From positions 19,184 through 83,183 of the forward strand of contig DATKUR010000003.1 of assembly GCA_035530555.1 (NCBI GenBank): a stretch of 64,000 nucleotides of DNA. The letters are read 5' to 3'. Positions 55,478 to 64,000 of this stretch are shown here, one piece after another. Under the pieces are notes generated by a model, which did no database searches, had not been told where the DNA came from, and saw only the letters and a program-made list of their open reading frames with translations. Within the stretch, counting starts at the first letter, position 1, and every line of letters begins with the position of its first letter. The stretch comes from Candidatus Humimicrobiaceae bacterium. Its GTDB lineage: Bacteria; Patescibacteriota; Minisyncoccia; Minisyncoccales; DG-74-1. The position numbers and the translations under genes are program-made.

Positions 55478-56173
55478 ATGCTTTCTATTATTATTCCGAC
55501 CCTGAATGAGGAAAAATGTCTTCCTTTATTGCTTGAAGAGATTAAAAAGCAGAAATCTGTCGGTAATTATGAAATAATTGTTGCCGACGCCGGCTCAACC
55601 GATAAAACAGTCGAGATCGCCAAGGGTTTTGACTGTGAGGTTATTAAAGGTGGATTGCCTGCCAAAGGAAGAAACGAAGGAGCAAGAATAGCCCGAGGCG
55701 ATATTTTATTATTTACGGACGCTGACAATATTTATTTACCTGAGGATTTTTTAAAGAATCTCTTGGAAGAATTTGAAAAAAGGAAATTGGACGTGGCTTC
55801 TTTTCCGATCTGCCCTAAGGGAAATATTTTTGATAAGTTTGCCTACGGACTTTATAATCGTTGGGTTCAGTTAGTCCAGTGGTTTGCCGCCTATGCTACC
55901 AATTCGGTTTTGGTTAGAAGGAATATCCACCAAAAAGTCGGCGGCTTTGATGAAGAAATAAAAATAGCCGAAGACCATTTCTACGCCAAAACAGCTAAGA
56001 AATTCGGAAAGTTCGGCTTTATTAGAACTAAACCGGTTTTGACTTCTACTCGACGTTTTGAGAAAGACGGCAGATTAAAAACTTATCTTAAATATCTGAT
56101 AGCTGGGATTTATATGTTTTTCTTTGGTCCAATAAAAAAAGATATCTTTCGATATCGGTTTGATGAGAGATAA
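55478..56173 (+). CDS. family 2 glycosyltransferase
   Basis: LSIIIPTLNEE and a DAD-like motif TDADNIY. Confidence 0.85.
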   Translation: MLSIIIPTLNEEKCLPLLLEEIKKQKSVGNYEIIVADAGSTDKTVEIAKGFDCEVIKGGLPAKGRNEGARIARGDILLFTDADNIYLPEDFLKNLLEEFEKRKLDVASFPICPKGNIFDKFAYGLYNRWVQLVQWFAAYATNSVLVRRNIHQKVGGFDEEIKIAEDHFYAKTAKKFGKFGFIRTKPVLTSTRRFEKDGRLKTYLKYLIAGIYMFFFGPIKKDIFRYRFDER

Positions 56174-56181
56174 TTTTAATC

Positions 56182-57159
56182 TCAGGATAAGCCCATTTTT
56201 TTGTAAACTTCAGCCATAGTTGACTGAGCAATAATTCGGGCTTTTTTTCTACCTTGTTCTAAAATTTCTCTAACGTAGACCTCTCTTGCTAGAAATTCTT
56301 TTCTTTTCCGGCGGAAGGGCTCTAAAGAATCAATTAATAGTTCGGCCAAAGATTTCTTGAATTTTTCGTAACCTGAGTTCTTAAATTTTTTCTCTAATTC
56401 TTTTATCGATTTTCTTGAAAAAAGAGAGTAGATTGTCAAAAGATTTGATATTCCTGGTTTTTTTTGAAGGTCATATTTGATAATTTTTCCCGGATCGGTA
56501 ACCGCCGTCATTATTTTCTTTTTGATTTCTTCCGGTTCGTCAAATAGTCCGATACATCCTCGTGGATCATCGGTTTTTGACATTTTCTTCTTTGGTTTTT
56601 GCAAAGACATAATTTTTTCTCCGGTTTTTGGCAAAAGAGCTTTTGGCTCTTGAAAAACCTGACCAAATTTCTTATTGAAACGACGAACAATCTCTCTGGC
56701 TAGTTCCACATGTTGCTTTTGATCCATACCCACCGGAACAACCTCTGTTTTGTAAAGCAAAATATCAGCCGTCATCAAAAGAGGATAATTTAAAAGGCCG
56801 GCATTAATATATTCTGGGTGTTTTTTTGACTTTTCTTTGAACTGAGTCATTCTCTGAAGTTCTCCTAAGGGAGTTATCGTTCCCAGAAGCCAAGTCAACT
56901 CGGTATGCTCTTTTATTTGGGACTGAACAAAGAAAATGCACTTTTCTGGGTTTAATCCAGCTGCCAGATAAGCAGCAGCTAATTCTAAAATATTTTGTTG
57001 CAATTTCTTAGGTTCATAAGGAGTAGTCATGGCATGGAGATCGACAATGCAAAAAACACACTCAGTCTGTTCCTGAAGTTCTATCCATTGCTTAATGGCT
57101 CCTAGATAATTTCCGATATGCAATTCTCCGGTTGGCCGGATGCCACTAAATACTCGCAT
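56182..57159 (-). CDS. trpS: tryptophanyl-tRNA synthetase
   Basis: SGIRPTGELHIGNYLGAI and KMSKT. Confidence 0.93.
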   Translation of the reverse strand: MRVFSGIRPTGELHIGNYLGAIKQWIELQEQTECVFCIVDLHAMTTPYEPKKLQQNILELAAAYLAAGLNPEKCIFFVQSQIKEHTELTWLLGTITPLGELQRMTQFKEKSKKHPEYINAGLLNYPLLMTADILLYKTEVVPVGMDQKQHVELAREIVRRFNKKFGQVFQEPKALLPKTGEKIMSLQKPKKKMSKTDDPRGCIGLFDEPEEIKKKIMTAVTDPGKIIKYDLQKKPGISNLLTIYSLFSRKSIKELEKKFKNSGYEKFKKSLAELLIDSLEPFRRKRKEFLAREVYVREILEQGRKKARIIAQSTMAEVYKKMGLS

Positions 57160-57163
57160 ATGT

Positions 57164-58843
57164 TTAAACCTCGATTACCACAGGAAGTATTATCGGCCTT
57201 CTCCGAGTTTTAGAGAATAAAAATTGACCGATTTTATTTCTGATTTCATCTTTGACAAAGACCCAGTTGACCGCCCCTCCCGAACCAGCTGTTTTATCAA
57301 TAACATTAATCACCCTCTTTCTCGTTTCTTTAAGTAATTCCCTTGACTCTCTTAAATAAACAAACCCTCTAGATATTATATCAGGAGAACCCTTGACTTT
57401 GCCAGTCTGCCGGTCAATCACCGCTACAATAACAAACATTCCGTCTTTAGCCAACATCTGACGGTCACGCAAGACTACTTCTCCAACGTCACCGACTCCT
57501 AAACCATCAACCATGATATAATTAGCGGCTACTTTTTCTTTCTCAATAAAGATTTTTCCAGGATTCAAATTAATAATCTGGCCGTTTTCTACCACCAAGA
57601 CATTTTTTTCGGGGAGTCCGCTTTCTTTGGCTAGCTGTGCATGGGAAACCAGCATTGAATACTGACCATGGATTGGTATAAAGAATTTCGGCCTCATAAT
57701 TTTGATCATTTCTCTTAGTTCTTCTCGTTGACCATGGCCGCCCGCATGGATATCCATCATCTTGTAATGGAAGACCTTGGCGCCTTGTCTTAAAATTTCA
57801 TCTTTCATAATCTGAACCGTTCTTTCGTTTCCGGGGATGACCGAGGAGGAAAAAATTACCGTATCTCCTTTCTTTATCTTTAAGTAAGAATGCTCACGGT
57901 TAGTAATTCTCATCAAAACAGCCTCTGCTTCTCCCTGGGCTCCGGTGCAGAGAATAGTTTGGGCTTTATCAGGATAACTTAAAATTTCTTTGCCGTTAAC
58001 AAGTGTTCTTCCTTTTGTTCTGACATACCCCAAGATCTTGGCAAGTTCCGCGTTGGTTTTCATTGAATAGCCTTCTAAACTTACTTTTCTCTGGTATTTT
58101 TCCGAAAGAGAAATAATTTGTTGTATTCTGTTGATTAAAGAAGCAAAGGTAGCAGCGATAATTCTGCCGCCGGCTCTTTTAAAAATTTCTTCTAGGTTTC
58201 TCTCAATAGTTTTTTCTGAAAGAGAATGGTTTTCTTCTTCTGCTCCGGTAGAATCCGAAAGCATCAACAAAATCCTTCTATTGCCTAGCGCTTTCAGCTT
58301 TTGAAAGTTAGTCGGCAGATCGTTGATCGGATGAGGGTCAAACTTAAAATCAGAAGTATTCAAAATATTACCGATTGGAGTTTGGATAAATAACCCCAAA
58401 TTGTCAGGGATATTGTGGTTTTGTCTGAAGAATTCAACCCCAAAAGGTCCCAACTTTACGACTGAACCATCTTTGACCTCATTTATTTCTAATTTTGGCA
58501 ATTGAGGAAAATCTTCCTGTCTTTTTAAGATTATTCCTCGAGTCAGAGGAGATGCGAAAATTCTTAAATTAGGATGCCAGATTTTTTCAATTAAATAGGG
58601 GACGGCGCCGATGTGGTCATAGTGGCCGTGAGTGAAAACAATCCCTAGGACATTTTTCTGTTTCCCCTTTAAATATTCAATATTGGGAATAATAAAATCG
58701 ATTCCTGGCATGGCTTCTTCTGGCATTCTAAGACCCATATCGCAGATTAAAATCTTCCTCTGCCATTCTAAAAGCATCATATTTCTCCCCACCTCTCCTA
58801 ATCCTCCGAGGGGTATAATTCTAAGATTATGTTGTTTTGTCAT
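57164..58843 (-). CDS. rnj: ribonuclease J (MBL-fold)
   Basis: LRIIPLGGLGEVGRNMM... and HGHYDH. The ORF was trimmed to MTKQ (ATG at 58841-58843) because the upstream extension covers the tRNA. Confidence 0.9.
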   Translation of the reverse strand: MTKQHNLRIIPLGGLGEVGRNMMLLEWQRKILICDMGLRMPEEAMPGIDFIIPNIEYLKGKQKNVLGIVFTHGHYDHIGAVPYLIEKIWHPNLRIFASPLTRGIILKRQEDFPQLPKLEINEVKDGSVVKLGPFGVEFFRQNHNIPDNLGLFIQTPIGNILNTSDFKFDPHPINDLPTNFQKLKALGNRRILLMLSDSTGAEEENHSLSEKTIERNLEEIFKRAGGRIIAATFASLINRIQQIISLSEKYQRKVSLEGYSMKTNAELAKILGYVRTKGRTLVNGKEILSYPDKAQTILCTGAQGEAEAVLMRITNREHSYLKIKKGDTVIFSSSVIPGNERTVQIMKDEILRQGAKVFHYKMMDIHAGGHGQREELREMIKIMRPKFFIPIHGQYSMLVSHAQLAKESGLPEKNVLVVENGQIINLNPGKIFIEKEKVAANYIMVDGLGVGDVGEVVLRDRQMLAKDGMFVIVAVIDRQTGKVKGSPDIISRGFVYLRESRELLKETRKRVINVIDKTAGSGGAVNWVFVKDEIRNKIGQFLFSKTRRRPIILPVVIEV

Positions 58844-58845
58844 AG

Positions 58846-58927
58846 TGCGGACGGTGGGACTCGAACCCACAAGCCTTGCGGCATACGGTCCTGAACCGTA
58901 AGCGTATACCAGTTCCGCCACGTCCGC
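58846..58927 (-). tRNA. tRNA-Leu (anticodon CAG), type II
   Basis: The minus strand reads GCGGACG TG GCG GAACTGGTATA CGC T TACGG TTCAGGA CCGTA TGCCGCAAGGCTT GTGGG TTCGAGT CCCAC CGTCCGC A. CCA is not encoded. Confidence 0.9.
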
Positions 58928-58937
58928 GGGAAAGAGG

Positions 58938-59984
58938 CTACCCCTTAAAAACACCGGCTTTTTTAATAAGATTTTTGTTTTGAGATATCCAATTATATAA
59001 TCTTTTTACCCCTTCTTTTGGAGAAACTTTGGGGGCCCAGCCAAAATCTTTTTTTGCATTAGTAAGATCAGAAACATAAACTTTTTGATCGCCGGCTCTC
59101 CATCCATCGAACGAATAATTAATTTTCTTCCCAGATAATTTTTCTAAAATATAAAATAATTCCCAAATTGAAAGAGAGAAATTAAAACCACCGCCCATAT
59201 TATATACCCTCCCTCGGGTTTTTTCGATATTTTTAAAAATAAGATCGAAGGCCCTTAATAAGTCATCAACATATAAAACATCCCTGACTTGCTTTCCATT
59301 GCCATAAATAGTCACTGCCTTATCAAATAATAATGTATTACAGAACCAGGCTAACCAACCTTGTTCTTCAATCCCGAATTGATGAGGACCGTAAATGCCA
59401 GATTGCCTAGAAACAACCGTGTTTAACCCGTAAATGCGCATATAGTCAAGGGTATATTGGTCACCAGTTCCCTTAGAACAACCATAAGGTCCATGAAAAT
59501 CAAGACTTTGACTTTCCGAAATTCCTTTAATATTCTTATAAATATATCTTTTCTTTGTTTCTATTATTGGTATATCAGTCATTTCACCATAAACCTTATT
59601 AGTACTGGAGTAAATTAGACTAGCTTGGGGTGTTCCTTTTCTTAGCGCTTCCAAAACATTGAAAGTACCCAAGGCATTTATCTCGAAATCTTCCTGGGGG
59701 TTGGCGACGGAAGTAACCATGGTTACCTGAGCTGCTAAGTGGAGAACGAAGTCGGGCTTGTATTTCCTGAAAGCTTCAAAAAGTTTTTTATAATTTCTAA
59801 TATCTCCTTTAATAAAAACAAAATTTCCTTTTTGGTTTTTTAACCAATCTAAGTTTTGTTTAGCTCCAGCCCGAGAAAGATTATCATAAACAGCAACTTT
59901 ATATTTTTTTCCAAGATAATGGACGGCAGCATTGGCTCCGATGAAGCCGGCTCCCCCGGTAATTAGAATGGTTTTTTTATTCAT
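58938..59984 (-). CDS. NAD-dependent epimerase/dehydratase (CDP-paratose-2-epimerase/UDP-sugar epimerase-like)
   Basis: ILITGGAGFIGANAAVHYL and a YxxxK motif. Confidence 0.8.
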   Translation of the reverse strand: MNKKTILITGGAGFIGANAAVHYLGKKYKVAVYDNLSRAGAKQNLDWLKNQKGNFVFIKGDIRNYKKLFEAFRKYKPDFVLHLAAQVTMVTSVANPQEDFEINALGTFNVLEALRKGTPQASLIYSSTNKVYGEMTDIPIIETKKRYIYKNIKGISESQSLDFHGPYGCSKGTGDQYTLDYMRIYGLNTVVSRQSGIYGPHQFGIEEQGWLAWFCNTLLFDKAVTIYGNGKQVRDVLYVDDLLRAFDLIFKNIEKTRGRVYNMGGGFNFSLSIWELFYILEKLSGKKINYSFDGWRAGDQKVYVSDLTNAKKDFGWAPKVSPKEGVKRLYNWISQNKNLIKKAGVFKG

Positions 59985-59994
59985 ATTCCAGCTA

Positions 59995-60870
59995 CTATAA
60001 TTTCAATTTTTTGAGGTAGTCTTTAAATTCATCTCCAAGCTCAGGGTGGCGAATAGCAAATTCAATAACCGTTTTAAAATATTCAACTTTATTGCCCGTA
60101 TCATAATATTTCCCGTTTTTTATTTTGCATCCATAAACCGGAAAACCTTTTTTAATTAGTTCGTTTATGGCTTCTACTAGCCAGATTTCTCCGGCCTTGC
60201 CCGGCTTTAGATTCTTAATTATCTTGAAGATTTCCGGGGGCAGAATATATCCGCCGTGAGAGGCAAATTTTGAAGGGGCATCTTTTAAGCCCGGTTTTTC
60301 AACAATTTTTTTAATTTTAAAAACATTAGTATCGATTGGTTCTATAACCGGAATTCCGTAACGGGAGAATTGGTCTTCCGTTTCGAGTTCTACAGTTGAG
60401 ATAACCGCTCCTTTATATTTTTTATAAACTTCTAACATTTGTGCAAGTCGGGGTGGCTGACTAATGATAAACTCATCTCCCCATAAAACAGCAAAAAATT
60501 CATTGCCGACAACCGGCTCGGCCATTAAAATAGGAATAGCATTGCCATAATGTTCGTTCTTTTGCCGAATATAAACAAAGTTAGCTAATTTGGCGATTCC
60601 CTTGATTTGGTTTAATTCCTTGATTTTTCCGATAGATTCTAGATATTTTTCCAGTTCAAAAGAGCGGTCGAAGTGGTCTTCGATTGCTCTTTTTTGCCAG
60701 CCAGTAATAATAATTATATCTTTAATGCCGGAAGCGACCGCTTCTTCGACCACATATTGAATAACGGGTTTATCCACTACCGGCAACATTTCTTTTGGCA
60801 TGGCCTTAACCTGAGGTAAAAATCTAGTTCCCCATCCAGCCGCTGGAATGACTACTTTGTGAATTTCCAT
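59995..60870 (-). CDS. galU: UTP--glucose-1-phosphate uridylyltransferase
   Basis: KVVIPAAGWGTRFLPQVKAMPKEMLPVVDKPVIQY. Confidence 0.9.
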   Translation of the reverse strand: MEIHKVVIPAAGWGTRFLPQVKAMPKEMLPVVDKPVIQYVVEEAVASGIKDIIIITGWQKRAIEDHFDRSFELEKYLESIGKIKELNQIKGIAKLANFVYIRQKNEHYGNAIPILMAEPVVGNEFFAVLWGDEFIISQPPRLAQMLEVYKKYKGAVISTVELETEDQFSRYGIPVIEPIDTNVFKIKKIVEKPGLKDAPSKFASHGGYILPPEIFKIIKNLKPGKAGEIWLVEAINELIKKGFPVYGCKIKNGKYYDTGNKVEYFKTVIEFAIRHPELGDEFKDYLKKLKL

Positions 60871-60874
60871 ACTT

Positions 60875-61465
60875 TTATTTTCTTAAGAAATCTAAATTTT
60901 TTGGTATTTTTTTTAGAGGCCTTTTAAAACGTAGCTTTGGAACTAAGCCGTAATTTTTATTTTTAATCCAGCCGTTTTTTAAGTAATAATAACAGGCCCC
61001 CTGTTTTTTTTCAAAAAGAGTGTAAATGTTTTTACATTTTTCGCAAAGCCAGTTGCCTTCAATCAGTTCTTTTTTTGAAGGATTAATTGTGATGTGGCCG
61101 TAATAAGGCGGGATGACTATTGACTCTCCTTTCCTGGCTCTTACGGTATAAACGTCCTCGATTTTATCTTTTTTGCATCTTTGAAGCAAATAAATGGCTT
61201 GTCCTTCAAGTACAACATAAACTTCTCCGTATTTTTTGGAGTGCTCGTGCCCTTTAGTTTTGACAAATTCTTTGCCTAACATGCGAGGAGGAATTATGGT
61301 GATGTCGTATCTTAAATCGTTTTTCTTTTTTAAGCCACGATACATATAATAAAGCTCAAAGTTAGGAGCAGTTTTAGCCCATTTTTGGTCATAGAGAACC
61401 TCTTCCATGTCGTACAAGTAGCGAATGTCAGGCCTTCTTTTTTCTAAGATTTTCTTTATTTCCAT
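60875..61465 (-). CDS. pgiA: cupin-type glucose-6-phosphate isomerase (archaeal cPGI-like)
   Basis: GKEFVKTKGHEHSKKYGEVYVVLEG and VIPPYYGHITINPS align with the Pyrococcus cPGI motifs GKEFFFTKGHFH and PPYWAHRTVN, as I recall them. Confidence 0.7.
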   Translation of the reverse strand: MEIKKILEKRRPDIRYLYDMEEVLYDQKWAKTAPNFELYYMYRGLKKKNDLRYDITIIPPRMLGKEFVKTKGHEHSKKYGEVYVVLEGQAIYLLQRCKKDKIEDVYTVRARKGESIVIPPYYGHITINPSKKELIEGNWLCEKCKNIYTLFEKKQGACYYYLKNGWIKNKNYGLVPKLRFKRPLKKIPKNLDFLRK

Positions 61466-63459
61466 GCTCTTTTAGTTTCAATATACCATCCTTCAATACC
61501 GGAGAACCTTTGAGAAGTGTCGCTAAGTATTTTAGTTGTCAGCCCTTTTATTTCTTCAGACACGAAGCAAAGATAGTCCGGGTTGTACAAAAAGACAGCC
61601 GGCATATCTTTAAGTAAAATTTCCTGAAATTTTTCCAGAGCTTCTTTTCTTTCTCCTTCATCCAAGGTTTGACGAGCTTCTTCTAATAATTTATCGGCCT
61701 CTTTGCTTTCATATGCTGATAAATTCAAGCCAGGATCTTTTATCTGAGACGAATGCCAAAAAGGATAAGGATCAGGCGTTATTCCCAAAACCTCGCCGAA
61801 GAGAAGCATTTCGTAGTCTCTGAGTTTGATAACTTCTTCTATTGAAGTGGAGTCTTGTATTGGAGTAGGGTCAAAAGTCTTTATTTCAAGACCTACACCT
61901 AATTCTTCCCATTGGTCCTTTATCAAATAAGCTATTGTGGTTAAAGGTGTCTTATTTACTGTAACTAAGGTGAGAGAAAGAGGCAGGGTTTCTTTGGTAG
62001 ACGGGGCGCAGATTTCGTTTAATTTGGTCCGGGTGCCTTGTCGCACTTCGCCCGTTCCCGAGGTTAACCCGTAAGGGTCTAAGACATCTTCGGCATATTT
62101 TTCTTGAAACTTGCTTACTGCTGCCTTGGTTTTTGAGCCGAAATAGCCGGTTATCTCGCCTTCAGGATAAACATCAGGGTCTTTGGCTAGGCATTTCTGG
62201 AGCTCTGTCACTTCGCTTCCTTCAGAGCCAACCTTAAGATCACTTTTAAATTGAAAAGCCGGCTCTTTGACCAATTCTTTTTCTCTTATACCTGTTTCTC
62301 CTAAAATAAATCCTTCACTCTCCAAGACCTTTATTACCTCCTCTTTATTCAAAAGACATGTTTTTCCCGGACTTTCAAAGCCGTAAATTTCCGGGAGGAT
62401 AGGGGAATCAACCGGTTTTGCCCGTCCCGATAAAATTTCACTTATGAGCTTTTCTTTATTTATTCCGCAGTTTAAAACTTCTCTTATGTTTTTATTTTGG
62501 AGAATTTTTGACTTCCCTAAGTTTAAAAATAAAGCATAATATCTTGGTAAAGAAAAGCGGTATTCGTAAAAACCGTTATTTTTCACTTTGTTAATTATTC
62601 CAGCTGGATCAGCCGAGGCGACGCCCTTAACTTGGCCGGAATTGAAAGCGTTGACTAAACTTTCTTCGGTCTCGAAAAAATTAAAAATAATCTCTTCTAT
62701 ATTAGGCGGAGAACCGGAATAGTAAGAATTAGCTGTTAATTCAATAGAAATAATCTTGTCTTTCTTATCCTGATTAATTTTCTTTAATCTATAAGGACCA
62801 GACCCTATAGCTTTTAGATTATTGGTTGATAAATGAAAATTTTCTGCTGATATTCCCTGCCAAATGTGTTTTGGCATAATTTTTAAGGTAGTGTTTTCTA
62901 AAAATAAAGGAGAGGGATTCTGTAACTCGAAACTGATGCATAGGTCTGAAATTTTTTCTATCTTTACATCAACCCACCTCCCATAAAGCGGGCTTTCAAA
63001 AGAATAGTTTTGGATGGTTTTGACGGTAAAGATTACATCGTCGGCGGTTAGAGGTTGACCGTCCTGCCAGCGAAGATTTTCTTTCAAATAAAATTCATAA
63101 GTTTTGCCGTCTTCAGAAACTTTATATTCTTTAGCTAAGTCTGGCACAACTGTTTGACTAGATTCATCTCCGTATTTCATTAGCCCCGAGTAGACTAATT
63201 CGGTTAAATCTCGGTCAATATCGGAATTGGCGTATATTGGATTAATAAAACGGGGAGAAGGGGGAACAAGGAATCCTTCAGTATAAATTCCTCCTTTGGC
63301 CGGGACAATTTTAGTATTATTTAGATAAAAACTTACAGCGAGAAGGGTAAAGCTGCTTAACCCCAGGAATAAAAAAACAAAGAAGACAATTTTTTCTCTT
63401 TTATCTAAAACTTTTAAAAACTGCCGCCATTGAGATTTACTCGGCCATTTCTGAGACAT
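61456..63459 (-). CDS. membrane-anchored family-5 solute-binding protein (OppA/DppA-like) with an embedded peptidoglycan-binding (PG_binding_1-like) domain
   Basis: N-terminal TM segment and SBP_bac_5 core (VPDLAKEYKVSEDGKTYEFYLKENLRWQDGQPLTADDV). An insert VGSEGSEVTELQKCLAKD...ITGYFGSKTKAAVSKFQEKYA follows at about aa 405-450. Confidence 0.7.
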   Translation of the reverse strand: MSQKWPSKSQWRQFLKVLDKREKIVFFVFLFLGLSSFTLLAVSFYLNNTKIVPAKGGIYTEGFLVPPSPRFINPIYANSDIDRDLTELVYSGLMKYGDESSQTVVPDLAKEYKVSEDGKTYEFYLKENLRWQDGQPLTADDVIFTVKTIQNYSFESPLYGRWVDVKIEKISDLCISFELQNPSPLFLENTTLKIMPKHIWQGISAENFHLSTNNLKAIGSGPYRLKKINQDKKDKIISIELTANSYYSGSPPNIEEIIFNFFETEESLVNAFNSGQVKGVASADPAGIINKVKNNGFYEYRFSLPRYYALFLNLGKSKILQNKNIREVLNCGINKEKLISEILSGRAKPVDSPILPEIYGFESPGKTCLLNKEEVIKVLESEGFILGETGIREKELVKEPAFQFKSDLKVGSEGSEVTELQKCLAKDPDVYPEGEITGYFGSKTKAAVSKFQEKYAEDVLDPYGLTSGTGEVRQGTRTKLNEICAPSTKETLPLSLTLVTVNKTPLTTIAYLIKDQWEELGVGLEIKTFDPTPIQDSTSIEEVIKLRDYEMLLFGEVLGITPDPYPFWHSSQIKDPGLNLSAYESKEADKLLEEARQTLDEGERKEALEKFQEILLKDMPAVFLYNPDYLCFVSEEIKGLTTKILSDTSQRFSGIEGWYIETKRAWK

Positions 63460-63515
63460 AGGTTGATTTTTGAGGCTTTGTTTTTCTTTTACCTCGTTCG
63501 CTTAGTATGATTTAG

Positions 63516-63731
63516 CTAGAGAGCAAGGTTCAAAAGAGCCAGAACTATAAACAAGATTCCGAAAATTATTGTTGCCCAAAAAAGATTTTTTTGGATACCC
63601 CTTCGGGTAGAATAAAATCCGCCTTCCCCCCCGAAAGCAGAACCTAAAGCTGTCCCTCTCTGTTGTAAAAGGACAGAGATAATTAAGAGTATGGCTATTA
63701 TAATTTGGGCAATCGATAAATATTGAGTCAT
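63516..63731 (-). CDS. secG: preprotein translocase subunit SecG
   Basis: IISVLLQQRGTALGSAFGGEGGFYSTRRG. Confidence 0.85.
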   Translation of the reverse strand: MTQYLSIAQIIIAILLIISVLLQQRGTALGSAFGGEGGFYSTRRGIQKNLFWATIIFGILFIVLALLNLAL

Positions 63732-63732
63732 T

Positions 63733-63996
63733 TTATTTAGCTGGCATCCATTTTATAAGGATGAAATTTATTCCCCAGACGATAAGAGATGTCAAGAGGA
63801 GAGAAACTATTTTTTGAATAATCTGTTCGGGGAAAATCAGTTCCGGGAAAATAAGACTAACTATCCAGATCATTAACACGTTGATTACTAAACCAAAGAG
63901 GCCAAAGGTAATAATTCTTAAGGGTAGAGTAATTACTTTTAAAACCGGCTTGATAAAGAAATTAATTAGACCTAAGATTGCTCCGGCTAAAACCAA
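63733..63996 (-). CDS. small 3-TM membrane protein (DUF360/YvlD-like)
   Basis: An 87-aa protein with an ITLPLRIITFGLFGLVINVLMIW pattern. The start codon is at the window edge. Confidence 0.45.
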   Translation of the reverse strand: MVLAGAILGLINFFIKPVLKVITLPLRIITFGLFGLVINVLMIWIVSLIFPELIFPEQIIQKIVSLLLTSLIVWGINFILIKWMPAK

Positions 63997-64000
63997 AGCC

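Noticed and set aside
58844-58954. N-terminal 37 codons of the RNase J ORF
   Set aside because: This segment is a translation of tRNA-Leu(CAG). The real start is the internal MTKQHNLRIIPLGG, so the CDS was trimmed to 58843.
1-64000. CRISPR arrays, diversity-generating retroelements, reverse transcriptases, transposases, integrases, and toxin-antitoxin or restriction systems
   Set aside because: No regularly spaced direct repeats were found. No YxDD reverse-transcriptase motif, DDE or serine/tyrosine recombinase signature, or nuclease/methyltransferase motif was recognised in any six-frame ORF.

Overview
This 64-kb window is low-GC, gene-dense, and almost entirely coding. Operons are tightly packed, often with overlapping start and stop codons. 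From gene content the source looks like a reduced-genome bacterium resembling the Candidate Phyla Radiation (Patescibacteria); this is inferred and was not searched. Supporting signs are a short Mfd, a ComEC without its MBL domain, an FtsZ without its C-terminal tail, an archaeal cupin-type phosphoglucose isomerase, a stand-alone GMP-synthase subunit B, and the anaerobic NrdD/NrdG and IorAB enzymes.

The backbone is housekeeping. There are eight aminoacyl-tRNA synthetases (argS, ileS, glyS, metG, leuS, hisS, trpS), smpB with a tmRNA that overlaps its 3' end, and ftsA-ftsZ. Other backbone genes are glmS, murA with yvcK and a GlmU-like and a NagK-like gene, tsaC/tsaD, glyA/folD, topA, dprA, pth, lepB, nrdDG, rnj, and secG. 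Two tRNA-Leu genes (anticodons CAA and CAG) lie on the minus strand.

Three things stand out. First, the ileS ORF carries an in-frame insertion of about 200 aa that forms a complete histidine-phosphatase (PGAM-like) domain between the two zinc-knuckle halves. Second, there is a 4.7-kb accessory stretch (22.6-27.3 kb) of small same-strand genes: a DUF2975-like membrane protein with an XRE HTH regulator, guaA subunit B, a DUF340 pair, an iron-sulfur flavoprotein, and a Cys-rich protein. Each of these genes is followed by a copy of a conserved motif (ACAGGTTCTAAC[A/G]TCGTCC, about 20 nt) that resembles a tRNA 3' end, and then by a hairpin terminator. The six motif copies begin with a degenerate tRNA 3' end (GGTTCGAATCC...CCATCCCTGGAGCCA) at the iorB stop. 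Third, a membrane-anchored family-5 substrate-binding protein contains an embedded peptidoglycan-binding domain.

No CRISPR array, reverse transcriptase, integrase or transposase was recognised. All calls come from reading the sequence and the six-frame translations; no database search or folding program was run.
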